64,000 nt of DNA from a virus: positions 1 through 64,000 of IMG/VR virus record IMGVR_UViG_3300011116_000655; one strand, written 5' to 3'. Positions 37,757 through 48,100 of this stretch are shown one piece after another. The first letter of the stretch is position 1; every line of letters begins with the position of its first letter. The position numbers and the translations under genes are program-made. The notes under the pieces were generated by a model that worked only from the letters and a program-made list of their open reading frames with translations, had not been told where the DNA came from and searched no databases.

Positions 37757-40162
37757 TCAGCCGCACTTGCTATTTCCACAGTCTGCACAAGTAACGCATC
37801 CATCTTGGTAAATCAAGTTAGTTGAACCACAATCTGTACAACTTTTTTGTCCTGTTGCTTTTGTTCCATCTGGTACATATTGCTTCAAAACTCTTGCAAT
37901 AGAACGTGCAAATGAGAACATATCTGAATCTTGTTCTTTCTGTAACTGCTCCACAACATAGTTAATTGGCGCACCATGACGAAGTGAAAGAGAAAGTAGT
38001 CTGGTAAATGCTGAATGATTTGCATTATCAAATACCTTAACAACATCACGAATAGTTAAATCATCTACAATTAAATCATAGCGTGATTGTGTCTTAGAAA
38101 CAGATGTTTTGTATAGAGATCCTTTCTTTGCGTTCTTTGGAAGGTCCACAAGTTTGTTTGCACCACCAAGGATTTCGTATGGTTTACCATCCATAAGACC
38201 AACAAGGATAGTCCACTTCTCACCTTTAATTGAAAGATTGTGGATTTCTGCTTCTAGTGTTTCTGGGCGTTTTGGCGCATTGTATTGTGGGAATACGTCT
38301 TTCTTGGTTTCTGTAATAAGCACACCATCACGGGAACCATCAACATAAACTGTAATACCTTTAAGACCAAGCTTCCAGCCAAGTCTGTAAAGTTCAGAAA
38401 CTACATCTGGACTTGTACCTTTTGGTAGATTGATTGTAGAAGAAATAGAATGGTCAATGTGTTTTTGAATAACACCTTGAATTTCTACACGACGCTTCCA
38501 ATCAATCTTATCTGATTCAGTAAAGAACGCAGGAATTTCTTCAGTCTCATACTCTTTCAAATAATCTTGTACGTTTTGGTGGTAAACCTTGTATTCTGTC
38601 CATTTATCTCCCATAACGTCTACAAAGGCAGCAGCTTGATCTTGCTCGTTGTGAGAAAGTTTACGACGACGAATGTAGAAATTACGGAATACTGGCTCAA
38701 GACCAGAAGAAGTCTGTGACATAATTGAAACAGAGCCAGTAGGAGCATTTGTTAGAATACTAATGTTTCTACGACCATGAGTTTTAATTGCGTTTTGAAT
38801 ACTTGTTGGAAGTGATTTGATAAACTCATTATCTTTTTCAAGTTCCCAATTAAATACATTAAATGATCCACGTTCTTTTGCAAGCCATACTGACTCTGTA
38901 TAAGCTGATTCTTTGAGAGTACGATAGATTTTATCAATCATTACAAGACCATCAGCAGAATCGTATGGCATCTTCAAACAAGCAAGAGCATCTGCAAGAC
39001 CGTGAGTACCAAGACCTGTTCTACGACCATCTACACAAGCACGAAGAAGATTTAACCAAAGTTCTTTTTCATCTGGTGTGTCACAAGAAGCAACAATTTT
39101 TGTAAGCTTCTCAATTTCAAGCTCTACCAAATCATCTGAAAGTCTCATTGCACGCTTAACAACGCCTTCAAACTTCTCAAAATGGAAGTAAGCATTGTCT
39201 TTGAATGGATTAACAACAAATGACTTTAGATTTACAGAAATAAGACGGCATGAGTCATAAGCAGAAAGTGGAATTTCTCCACATGGGTTTGTTGTAAGGG
39301 TTTTAAACCCATGATCTTTATAGCTTTCTGCTGGCAAGAACTTCTCAATGTTGCCCCACATCAAGAGTCCTGGTTCTGCCGTTTTTGTCGCAGAATCAAC
39401 GACACTTTTCCATACCTCTCTGGCTCTAACAGTTTTAGAATAACTAGGATTATCGGAATCAACAGGAAATCTAAGAGTAAAATCCTTGTCTTGTTCCACA
39501 GCTTCCATGAAATCGTCTGTAATTCTGATTGAGACATTTGCACCTGTAACCTTTGTTAAATCATGCTTCATTGTAACAAACTTTTCAACGTCTGGGTGTC
39601 TTACATCAATAGAAATCATAAGGGCACCACGACGACCATTCTGACCGATCATTCTACATACATAAGAATAAAAGTCAGCAAATGACCAAGCACCAGTTGT
39701 AGTACCAGCAGAGTTATTTACTCCCATTCCTTCTGGTCTAAGATTTGAAATGTCAAGACCTACACCACAACGACGCTTAAATAAGTTTGCAAGGTGTTTA
39801 CCAGAGTCAACAATAGAAGAAACATTATCTTCTGGTGAAGCTACAACAACACAATTTGACAATGAAGCTAGGGTTTCGTTATTACCAATTCCATACATAG
39901 GAGAACCCTGTGGAACAATGTATTTGAAATCCTTAATGTCTTCATAAATTGTATCATAACTTAGTGCAGATTCACCACCAAACTTTGCCTCAATACGTGC
40001 AAACTCAGCAGCAATACGCTTATGCATTTGATCTGGATTATTCTCCAGATACTTACCATTCTTAGTTTTAAGGGCATATTTTGTAGTAAATACATTTGCA
40101 GCAAGTTCATCACCCTTAAAGTATTGTAAACTTTCTGCATTTACTTCTTCTCTGTTATACAT
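37757..40162 (-). CDS. nrdJ: Class II (B12-dependent) ribonucleotide reductase
   Basis: SNC, TNPCGE, APTGS, GLKGITVY; C-terminal Zn ribbon; no beta subunit adjacent. Confidence 0.92.
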   Translation of the reverse strand: MYNREEVNAESLQYFKGDELAANVFTTKYALKTKNGKYLENNPDQMHKRIAAEFARIEAKFGGESALSYDTIYEDIKDFKYIVPQGSPMYGIGNNETLASLSNCVVVASPEDNVSSIVDSGKHLANLFKRRCGVGLDISNLRPEGMGVNNSAGTTTGAWSFADFYSYVCRMIGQNGRRGALMISIDVRHPDVEKFVTMKHDLTKVTGANVSIRITDDFMEAVEQDKDFTLRFPVDSDNPSYSKTVRAREVWKSVVDSATKTAEPGLLMWGNIEKFLPAESYKDHGFKTLTTNPCGEIPLSAYDSCRLISVNLKSFVVNPFKDNAYFHFEKFEGVVKRAMRLSDDLVELEIEKLTKIVASCDTPDEKELWLNLLRACVDGRRTGLGTHGLADALACLKMPYDSADGLVMIDKIYRTLKESAYTESVWLAKERGSFNVFNWELEKDNEFIKSLPTSIQNAIKTHGRRNISILTNAPTGSVSIMSQTSSGLEPVFRNFYIRRRKLSHNEQDQAAAFVDVMGDKWTEYKVYHQNVQDYLKEYETEEIPAFFTESDKIDWKRRVEIQGVIQKHIDHSISSTINLPKGTSPDVVSELYRLGWKLGLKGITVYVDGSRDGVLITETKKDVFPQYNAPKRPETLEAEIHNLSIKGEKWTILVGLMDGKPYEILGGANKLVDLPKNAKKGSLYKTSVSKTQSRYDLIVDDLTIRDVVKVFDNANHSAFTRLLSLSLRHGAPINYVVEQLQKEQDSDMFSFARSIARVLKQYVPDGTKATGQKSCTDCGSTNLIYQDGCVTCADCGNSKCG

Positions 40163-41546
40163 TTATTTCATCCTTTGTTTTCTTTTTATAGTTCTTGTAT
40201 TTCTTTTTTAGATTGTCTTCCTGCTCTTTAGAGGAACGTACCATTATGTCCGATGGAGTCTCACCTGTCGAGGGCAAAACTTTTATTTTTACATTAGATG
40301 TATCCATGAAGATTGGAAAGACAAGACCATCTGGTCCATTACGATTTTTAGCTACAAAGATACGTCCAGAATTAGATGCTTTATCCTCTACAGTTCTTGA
40401 CACGGAACAAATAAAGTCTGCTACGAAACATTTGTTGAACGCTTCGCTAATACTTTCCATAGTAATAACTTCCGCATTTAGACCAGATCGATTCGTTTGT
40501 GATGCTGTCCAAACAGGGCAAGTATATTCTTGAGACAATCCTCGTAGTTCTTCATAAATAGTCTCAAGCTCCTGTCTCTTCTCTTTCTGATTAGAAATAG
40601 GTTTCAACAAATCACCATAGTCAACAATAATCATATCTGGCTTAATGCCTTTCACTTTTAATTTTTCAAGATGAAGTTTAAGTGTATTGGTAGAAGCTGA
40701 TTTTGTTGGATACTCTTTTACAATTAATTTACCAGGAAGGTTTTGAACAGATTCATAAATTTGTTCTTTATAAGAATACAAATCTTTCAACTCAATACCT
40801 GTTAGACAACTATCATAACGTGAAGCAACAACAGAATCTGCAAGCTCCAAAGTATAATGCACTACAGTTTTACCTGCTTTCAAAGCCTCAGTACCAAGAT
40901 GAACAAGTACCATCGATTTACCAGCACCTGTAGGAGCGATTACAACACCAAGTTCACCAGTACCAAGACCACCCTTACAAATACTGTCAATCTCGTTCCA
41001 ACCCATAGAGATAGGATTGCGAGACTTAATTTGGAATCGCTTCTCAAAGTCTACAAGGTAATCGTAACCAAAATCAGATGTAGTACCAAGCTTTAGTGCT
41101 TCATTGATGGTTTTGGAGATTTCATCAAAAGAAGCATTTTGTAGAAGTTTGACAGACTTCAACATAGCTTCTTTCAACTTCTGTTTCTTACAAAAGTCAA
41201 GTGATGTTTCTTTGATAAATTGTGCGCCATCTGGTTCTGCTTCTGGCATACGAGCAAAATAGTCACGCACTTGCTTCTGTACTGTCTCATTTTGATCTTC
41301 AAGACCTGTACGAAGAAGTGTGGTCATAATTTCAAATGTAGGATGAATCTTGTATTTATCTTTGTAATTAAATACAAGAGTCACGAAAGATTGAAGGTAT
41401 TTTAGCTCAAGAAACTCAATAGCAAAAACCTCACGAATCTGGTCACAAAATGGACGATCCATGAGCATTAATTGTACTAGACTCTCTTGAAAGCTTTTTC
41501 CAAAACGAGAGAAGTCACCCCTCTCGCTGGTAGAGGCTGTTGTCAT
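40155..41546 (-). CDS. Replicative DnaB/gp41-like helicase
   Basis: APTGAGKS, YTLEL, IIVDYGDL, TASQTNR, KNRNG. Confidence 0.92.
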   Translation of the reverse strand: MTTASTSERGDFSRFGKSFQESLVQLMLMDRPFCDQIREVFAIEFLELKYLQSFVTLVFNYKDKYKIHPTFEIMTTLLRTGLEDQNETVQKQVRDYFARMPEAEPDGAQFIKETSLDFCKKQKLKEAMLKSVKLLQNASFDEISKTINEALKLGTTSDFGYDYLVDFEKRFQIKSRNPISMGWNEIDSICKGGLGTGELGVVIAPTGAGKSMVLVHLGTEALKAGKTVVHYTLELADSVVASRYDSCLTGIELKDLYSYKEQIYESVQNLPGKLIVKEYPTKSASTNTLKLHLEKLKVKGIKPDMIIVDYGDLLKPISNQKEKRQELETIYEELRGLSQEYTCPVWTASQTNRSGLNAEVITMESISEAFNKCFVADFICSVSRTVEDKASNSGRIFVAKNRNGPDGLVFPIFMDTSNVKIKVLPSTGETPSDIMVRSSKEQEDNLKKKYKNYKKKTKDEINV

Positions 41547-41581
41547 GTTAGCACCTGTTAGTGATTAAAGGATAATACGGT

Positions 41582-42598
41582 TTACCAAGCTCTGCAAGAC
41601 CAATAACGAGCTTTTGTTTTTGGTCCTGGGTTATCGCAATTATGTCTTGCTCTAAAAGATTTACGTCTTCCTGGTATGTTCTTTTTAATCTTCATGTTCT
41701 TATCGCCAAAGTTTACTTTTTTAACATTACCAGTTTTTGGATCTCGTACATAAACTTTGGATTTTTTAACATCACCTTTCATTGGTTTATTAAGGGTTAC
41801 TGTGCGACCTTGGTATTTTGCTTCTTGAATTATTGTTCTCTGACTTTCCAATAACTCTTGAAGGCAACCAGCGCAAACAAGTGTTCCATCGTCTAAATGG
41901 GCATCATCGTATTCTGTTGATTCAGAAACTACTTGCGCTCCGCTTTGTTGTAGTTCTTGACCAGTATCTGTAATAAACTTTGTTAAATCTCCTACTTTTG
42001 CTAAAGTAAGAGAATTTTTTAAATGTGTTACAAGTTCAAGTGCGTCTTTAAGTGAAACTAAGTTATTAGTCATACGTGCATTTGCTAAATTTGCTAAAAT
42101 CATACTAGACAAAACAATAGTAGCAGATGCACCAGTAAATCTATTAAAACCTTTTGTTAAATCACCACCACCTAATTTAGTAAGACCTTTTTGTGCCGCA
42201 GACAAAACAGCTTCAGTTGTTTTATAAATTGGTCCTGGTTTTTTTGCCTCTTGAATTTGAGTAAGCAATAATTTAGCATTTTGTGCAGCTTCAATTGGAT
42301 CATCATCTTGTAATACATTTTTCAACAAATAATCTATTGCTGCATCAATTTCTTTTTTAGAAATAAATGCTTGTAACTGACGGATAACACTTGGGTCACT
42401 AATAGACTTTCTTGTGTTATCAGATGGTCCTGGTTTCACAACTTTTTGGTTACTGAGAGCAATAATTTTTTGGATTGGGGTTTGTTGAGGAGCAACAGCT
42501 TGTGGTTGTTGTTGTGGGGCGGCTTGTTGTTCATTTAAATAAGTTCTCCAACCTTCCATTAAAAGTTGTTGATTTTGAAATGATGAAAATTTAGTCAT
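41582..42598 (-). CDS. Tagged late protein with C-terminal basic module
   Basis: LMEGWRTYLNE N-terminus; KKVNFG...RRKSFRARHNC...ARYWSC. Confidence 0.75.
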   Translation of the reverse strand: MTKFSSFQNQQLLMEGWRTYLNEQQAAPQQQPQAVAPQQTPIQKIIALSNQKVVKPGPSDNTRKSISDPSVIRQLQAFISKKEIDAAIDYLLKNVLQDDDPIEAAQNAKLLLTQIQEAKKPGPIYKTTEAVLSAAQKGLTKLGGGDLTKGFNRFTGASATIVLSSMILANLANARMTNNLVSLKDALELVTHLKNSLTLAKVGDLTKFITDTGQELQQSGAQVVSESTEYDDAHLDDGTLVCAGCLQELLESQRTIIQEAKYQGRTVTLNKPMKGDVKKSKVYVRDPKTGNVKKVNFGDKNMKIKKNIPGRRKSFRARHNCDNPGPKTKARYWSCRAW

Positions 42599-42605
42599 AA
42601 CTTAA

Positions 42606-43478
42606 TTAGTCCTTTTTCTTCTTTTTAGTCCATGAAATTGGCTTAGATGATTGTTTTTTTCTTAATGGACCTTTACCAGCAGATTTACATTGTGCTTTTG
42701 TTGGTCTACAAGCTGGATACTTGCCACCACTATCTGCGGAGCTTCTACCACATGGACCACCAGTTCTACAATTTATCCAACCTTTTCCTTTATTACGAGC
42801 AAACCAACCATGAAGTCCTTGTTCTTTTTCTTTAGAGAAGTTTGGTTTGTATGGCTTTTTCTTTTTGGCTTCATCTAATTCTTCTTCAATTATTTCTATG
42901 TCACCAAGGTCTATTTCTTCATTCTTTTTTTTTCTGCCTTGACAATGTGCCCTTTGAGAAAAACCTTTTGGATTTTTGCAATTGATAGAACGTTTGTACT
43001 TTTCAGACCATTCTTCTTCAAGTACCTCTATTTCTTCTAAAACTAGTTGTTGATCTATTTCTTCATCTGTTGCATTCTCAGAAATACCTTTCCAGATCTT
43101 TCCTTGACGGCATTTAACAACAGCACCAGAAGCATAAGCAGAAGGCCAAACATCATATTTACGTTTGGCAATTCTTGTGCAACGATCACCACTTTTTTTC
43201 TTTTTTGCTTCTTGAAGATTTGAAAGAAATTGTTGTATTTTTGGTTTAATGTCAGCAGCAGTAATGCCTTTTTGTTTAGCACTTGCAACAACATTTTTTA
43301 TGTCATTTTCTATTGCATCAACTGCTATCTGTATTTCATTATCTTTTTTTTCTGCTGGAGATAAATCTTCTGGCTTTACTTTAGCTTGTTGATTTGTGTT
43401 TGTAGTTTGTTGTACAGAAGCTGTATCTGCTTCTTGCAAAAATTGTTTCCAACTCTCTAAAATTAAATTATATTTCAT
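42606..43478 (-). CDS. Tagged late protein built of small basic Cys modules
   Basis: Start reassigned to MKYNLILESWKQFLQE; WPSAYAS, CKNPKGFSQRAHC and PCGR...YPACRP modules. Confidence 0.75.
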   Translation of the reverse strand: MKYNLILESWKQFLQEADTASVQQTTNTNQQAKVKPEDLSPAEKKDNEIQIAVDAIENDIKNVVASAKQKGITAADIKPKIQQFLSNLQEAKKKKSGDRCTRIAKRKYDVWPSAYASGAVVKCRQGKIWKGISENATDEEIDQQLVLEEIEVLEEEWSEKYKRSINCKNPKGFSQRAHCQGRKKKNEEIDLGDIEIIEEELDEAKKKKPYKPNFSKEKEQGLHGWFARNKGKGWINCRTGGPCGRSSADSGGKYPACRPTKAQCKSAGKGPLRKKQSSKPISWTKKKKKD

Positions 43479-43482
43479 ACCT

Positions 43483-44439
43483 CTAAGTAGTATTGTTAGC
43501 CACAATTTTCTTAAAACAAGTCATTAAAGATGAAAAATCTACAACACCAAAACCATCTTGCATTGACATACGCCTAAATTCAAGTTGGTTTAACTGTGGT
43601 TCAAAGTTCTCAACAAGTTCATCAATCTGTTGTTTTGTTTGATAGGAGATTTGTGGAGAGGAAAGCTGCATGATGCGATAGTTATCTCTAATCACCTCAA
43701 AAGATGATGCGATACTTTCAAAAGCTTTACCTTCCTTATCTTTACAAAATTCTGTAACATCATTAGGAAGATAAGACTTCTCTTCAACAAGCATAGGAAT
43801 TTTCTTAGCTATTGTAGCCATTCCAACACCTTTAACACCTTTAAGATTATCGCTATCATCACCAGCTATTGCTCTTGCTAAAGCAAAGTTGTTAGGATGA
43901 ACACCATACTTTTCAATAATTTTAGATACATTCAGCAGTTCTTCTTGAATAGGACGATAAAGAATTGTTTTACCATCAATAAGCTGAATAAAATCTTTGT
44001 CTGATGACACAATTACCTTTTGCCAACGCTTATAATGTTGATGGTTCACAACATAAGAAATAAGATCATCTGCTTCAATGTTTGGATACAGTAGTTGAAT
44101 CACAGGCATTTGATTAAAATACTCTGCAACTCTTGTTTGTTGCCAAATTCTATTAGCAATCTCTTCGTTCTCTGTAAGATTACGAACATCACGATTAAGA
44201 CGAAGAGGGTTTCTACCATCTTTGTAATTTGAATTCATAATTTTACGTTTTTTGGAACCACCTTCACCATCCCAACAAACATATATAAGATCTGGGTTTA
44301 TAGTATTGCATAGCTTCTGCATAATTTTAAGAAAGCCAACAACACCACCTACAGGTTGACCGTTTGGTGAAAGAGTAGGATTTGTTATGTATGCACGCAA
44401 ATATTGATTGTTTGCGTCTACCACCATCATTCTTGGCAT
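43483..44439 (-). CDS. 5'-3' exonuclease / flap endonuclease (T4 RNase H-like)
   Basis: VVDANN, WDG, YKDGR, EADD, SSDKDF, GDDSDNLKGV; start MPRMM inferred. Confidence 0.92.
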   Translation of the reverse strand: MPRMMVVDANNQYLRAYITNPTLSPNGQPVGGVVGFLKIMQKLCNTINPDLIYVCWDGEGGSKKRKIMNSNYKDGRNPLRLNRDVRNLTENEEIANRIWQQTRVAEYFNQMPVIQLLYPNIEADDLISYVVNHQHYKRWQKVIVSSDKDFIQLIDGKTILYRPIQEELLNVSKIIEKYGVHPNNFALARAIAGDDSDNLKGVKGVGMATIAKKIPMLVEEKSYLPNDVTEFCKDKEGKAFESIASSFEVIRDNYRIMQLSSPQISYQTKQQIDELVENFEPQLNQLEFRRMSMQDGFGVVDFSSLMTCFKKIVANNTT

Positions 44440-44657
44440 TTTAAATCCTCCATTAGAAAATAATGACATTGCTCGTCTTCCATAGTCCAAACATAGCACA
44501 ATTCTGGGTATGCTGTTACAACAACACCCAGAATACTAAATTCAGAGATTAATGATAATTGATTATTTTTACGATGAATAATAAGTTGTGAAGTATAAGA
44601 CTTTGCGTACCTATTTATCCATACCAAATCGCCTTCTTGTGGTTGAGTGTTCATCAC
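44427..44657 (-). CDS. 'QEGDLV' SH3-like hypothetical protein
   Basis: Family motif. Confidence 0.55.
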   Translation of the reverse strand: MMNTQPQEGDLVWINRYAKSYTSQLIIHRKNNQLSLISEFSILGVVVTAYPELCYVWTMEDEQCHYFLMEDLKCQE

Positions 44658-44997
44658 ATGCTGTCTCTATGTTATAGCCCCACTTTGAAACTTTTGCAGG
44701 GGCACCGCAAAACTCACAAATAGTATAAGACATTTTCTCTGCGTCTGCAATTATACTATAAACATAATTAACATCAGTAGGATCTATCTCTTCAATAGAG
44801 ATGTAATAGCGAAGACCACCAAACTTTTGCTTAACTTGAACAGCATGGATATAGCTAGATTCTGGGTACTTGTTGTTTATTACTTCAATCTTTGCAGAAA
44901 CATCATCAATAAGATGCTTCCAACCTTCATTGCATTCAAAATAGCCAAGAACTTTAAAAGTCTTAGGATACTTTTCCAGTATTTCAGTTTCCCACAT
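44611..44997 (-). CDS. Hypothetical phage protein
   Basis: GW...QVKQKFGGLRYY...CEFCG; AAGGAG before MWETE. Confidence 0.7.
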   Translation of the reverse strand: MWETEILEKYPKTFKVLGYFECNEGWKHLIDDVSAKIEVINNKYPESSYIHAVQVKQKFGGLRYYISIEEIDPTDVNYVYSIIADAEKMSYTICEFCGAPAKVSKWGYNIETACDEHSTTRRRFGMDK

Positions 44998-45292
44998 TTT
45001 GTTTCTCCTTAAGCACAATATCGCCTACTGCTTTAATTGTGTTTAGTGCAATGTCGCTAATAGAAAATGGCTTACCACTATTTTGCAGTTCAAAAATAGT
45101 ATTCATCATAACATCGTAAGATACAGCCATAGCATAATGAAAAGCACCAAGTTCTTCATTAGCTTGAGTTTGATTTACTTTACGAGTTGAAGTAGATCCG
45201 TTTTTCTTGTATACAACCCAAAAACCACTTTCTGCATTTTCCCAAGGATAACGGAATTCTTCGTATGTGTATGGCTTATAGCTATTACTCAT
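44984..45292 (-). CDS. Hypothetical protein
   Basis: GAGG RBS, coupled. Confidence 0.6.
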   Translation of the reverse strand: MSNSYKPYTYEEFRYPWENAESGFWVVYKKNGSTSTRKVNQTQANEELGAFHYAMAVSYDVMMNTIFELQNSGKPFSISDIALNTIKAVGDIVLKEKQNVGN

Positions 45293-45708
45293 TGTAAATC
45301 CTCATGGACTCAATCTCACCGTTCTCGTTAGAGTATACTACCTTCTTAACACCAACAAACTGCATAGCAGCCTCGCACATAGGACAAGGCTTAGAGTTAC
45401 GAAGGCAACCATCACGACCAACGCGAACAACATAAATAGTTGCACCCTCAGTAATAGAACGATCAAGACCAAGGATAGCACCAATCTCAGCATGAACAGT
45501 AGCATGACCACGCTGCTTCTTACTATCGCGGAATCGATTAGCCCAAGCCTTATACTTGTTCTTATTACAAGAAGTGTTCAAAACAGTACCACCGCGAACA
45601 AGCACGGCACCATGCTTATACTCCTTAAAATCGGTCTGCATAGCAATTCGTGCAGCAAGATCAATGTAACGCTGCTTCTTCTTGGACAACTTCGGGTCAG
45701 ACTCCATG
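45285..45708 (-). CDS. Cytidine/dCMP deaminase-family Zn enzyme
   Basis: HGAVL, HAE, PCPMC; start MESDP after GGAG inferred. Confidence 0.88.
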
Positions 45709-45791
45709 ATGTTCTTCTCTCCAACACATAGATAGTAACAAAGCCCCATAGGGAAGTCAACCCTATGGAGCCTGTTTCTTTTTACTTACTT

Positions 45792-46916
45792 TTAGTCTTC
45801 GCTTTCTATGTTGTAATAATTTGAAGCGTTACCAGTTTGCTTATCAAATTTGGTAATAAGTTCTTCTTCCACAATACTTAAAACTGCCTTTCTAAAATCT
45901 TCGTTATTTAATTCGTTAGGAAAGTCTGCTGATCTAAATCTCTTTTCTGTCCCATCAAGAAGTGTAATTGTCCACCATGCACCACTTGAAGCTCTATCAG
46001 ATTTAGAAAGAATGTCAAGCCAAGCTTCATGATCTGATACTTCTACTCTCTCACCACCCCATAGTAGTTTAAGTGAGCATTCTCTACCCTCTGTTCCAAA
46101 ACGTGATTTTTTAAGAACACATTTAGTTTCTGAACCAATTCTAAATCCTGTTGGTGATACAACATAACTTGCTTTACTTTTCTTTGGAGTAAGCCAAATT
46201 CTAAGTGAATAAGCGTATGAGAGTGCTTTACCGCCTGGAGTTATAAATGGGTTTACAAGCATTTCTGTGTGTGCTGTTGGACCCATTACAATGTTTTGTT
46301 TTAACTGATTCAAAACAAGGAAAGAACTTCTTTTGTTTGCAATTGGTTGAATAAGCTTTGCAAGACCCTTTGACATAATTCTTGGTTTTACAGCCATTGA
46401 AGATTGTGGATTAAAGTCACCTTCAAGGTCTGCAAGCGATGGAGTAAATGCAAATGAGTCAAGAATGAATAGAAATCTATCACCTTCTCCAAGAAGTTGT
46501 TCGATAGTTTCAAGAACAAACTCAATATTAATTGCTTGTGTGTAAATAATCTCACCTACATTACATCCTGCTTTTGCAAGAAAGGATGGATCTAGAGCAG
46601 ATTCTGAGTCAAAGTAAACTACAGTCATGCCCATTTTCTGGGCATTAGCAGCAATCTGAGCAGCAAAGTAAGATTTACCAGAAGCTTCAATACCAGCTAG
46701 TTCTGTAATACGACCTACAGGAATACCAGCTTTCTTACCTCTACAAATAATTGAATCTAATACGTCAGAACCTGTTGGAATCCATTCAACTACTTCTGAT
46801 GGGTTTTGTTCAAGAAGATCAAAAGATACTTCAATACCTGCTTTTTTGTTAATTGCATCTCTCATTTGTGCAATAGATAATTTACCATTTGTTGTTGTTT
46901 GAGTTTTTTTAGCCAT
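45792..46916 (-). CDS. RecA/UvsX recombinase
   Basis: IPTG, GIEASGKS, DSESALD, LNQL, TPGGKAL; start MAKK inferred. Confidence 0.92.
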   Translation of the reverse strand: MAKKTQTTTNGKLSIAQMRDAINKKAGIEVSFDLLEQNPSEVVEWIPTGSDVLDSIICRGKKAGIPVGRITELAGIEASGKSYFAAQIAANAQKMGMTVVYFDSESALDPSFLAKAGCNVGEIIYTQAINIEFVLETIEQLLGEGDRFLFILDSFAFTPSLADLEGDFNPQSSMAVKPRIMSKGLAKLIQPIANKRSSFLVLNQLKQNIVMGPTAHTEMLVNPFITPGGKALSYAYSLRIWLTPKKSKASYVVSPTGFRIGSETKCVLKKSRFGTEGRECSLKLLWGGERVEVSDHEAWLDILSKSDRASSGAWWTITLLDGTEKRFRSADFPNELNNEDFRKAVLSIVEEELITKFDKQTGNASNYYNIESED

Positions 46917-46986
46917 TTGTATCCTTATGTTAAATGAAAACGGGTGTACCATAAAGATACACCCGTTCTGTTATTTAGTCAACAGA

Positions 46987-47781
46987 TTAGTCGTCTGTTC
47001 CTGTGAAATCACCAAACGCTTCATCTACAGAAGAGCTAGATTTCTTGGCTTTTGTACCACCCTTGACGATTTCGCGTGAATCAGCTTCTGCACTCTCGTC
47101 AGAAGAAAGTGCTGCGTCAAGAATACGCTGGACTTCCTGTGTGCTTTGACGAGGATAAAGTGTGGAGAAATCTGGAATGGTATCAAGAATCTCCTTGCAC
47201 TTAGCTGGACCACCGTATTCTGGAGAACAAAGTGGTGAAGATTTACGACGAGGAGTAATCTTAGTCTCTGGGAACTGATCTTTTGCACCAGCAGGAGGCT
47301 TAGTGTAATCAATTACAAGGTCAAGACCATCCTGTGGGTCAGTAATGTCACCATACTCTGGGTTAAGTACAAGTCCTACCATAGTCTCATAAGCACGCTT
47401 ACCGTATTCCCAAACCTGTACACCTTTTGCTTCTTCTCCACGAACAAGTACGGGAGACATAAAACGCTGCTTGGGGAAAAGCTCTTTTGCCATTTTCTGG
47501 CTTGACTTGTCCTCATTAGCTGTTCCTTCCTTCCAAAGCTGTGAAGCAAAGTTACAGACAGGACATTCATCGCCAAAGTTCTTCTTGGGACAAAGAACAG
47601 TCTTACCACCTACCTTATAATGGAAGAAAAGCTCCTTGAATGGATCGCCGTCTTCAGTTGGAACAATACGAATAGAGTGTTGTCCCTCTTCCATCTTCCA
47701 CTTTACAGATGTGGAAGCCTCTTTACCGTTGTTGGCAAGTTTATCAAGTTTTGCCTTCATTTTGCTCATATCAATAGCCAT
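46987..47781 (-). CDS. gp32-like single-stranded DNA-binding protein
   Basis: IRIVP, HY...CP...CPVC Zn site, YGDITDP..G.D, acidic tail. Confidence 0.85.
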   Translation of the reverse strand: MAIDMSKMKAKLDKLANNGKEASTSVKWKMEEGQHSIRIVPTEDGDPFKELFFHYKVGGKTVLCPKKNFGDECPVCNFASQLWKEGTANEDKSSQKMAKELFPKQRFMSPVLVRGEEAKGVQVWEYGKRAYETMVGLVLNPEYGDITDPQDGLDLVIDYTKPPAGAKDQFPETKITPRRKSSPLCSPEYGGPAKCKEILDTIPDFSTLYPRQSTQEVQRILDAALSSDESAEADSREIVKGGTKAKKSSSSVDEAFGDFTGTDD

Positions 47782-47848
47782 TTTATTGTCTCCTTAGTTG
47801 TTTGTTAAGTACGATTGAACAAATCTCTTCAATCGCCGCATTCTTATT

Positions 47849-48100
47849 CTATTCACTCAATACGCTTTCGTCAAGGTCTGTTTCCAGAATCTCTCCTACT
47901 AGCGTTTTATGATTGAAGATTCGGAATTCCTTACTCTCCAGATCATAAACCATTTCTGACCCATCGGGAAGTGTTCTAACTTTCCCTGTGCCCTTCACCA
48001 TTCCTTCTAACATGGTTCTTGGTAGGTCTGCAACCTTCATAAAAGACATTGTTCTTTGAGAACCGTCTTTCTTTATAAATGTACCTTTATACGACTTCAT
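47849..48100 (-). CDS. WYL-like SH3 beta-barrel protein
   Basis: FIKKDGSQRTM...VYDLE...FRIF. Confidence 0.65.
   Translation of the reverse strand: MKSYKGTFIKKDGSQRTMSFMKVADLPRTMLEGMVKGTGKVRTLPDGSEMVYDLESKEFRIFNHKTLVGEILETDLDESVLSE

Noticed and set aside
30144-46916. Inteins or introns in dnaE, nrdJ, helicase, recA
   Set aside because: ORFs are continuous, of ordinary length, with no splice motifs
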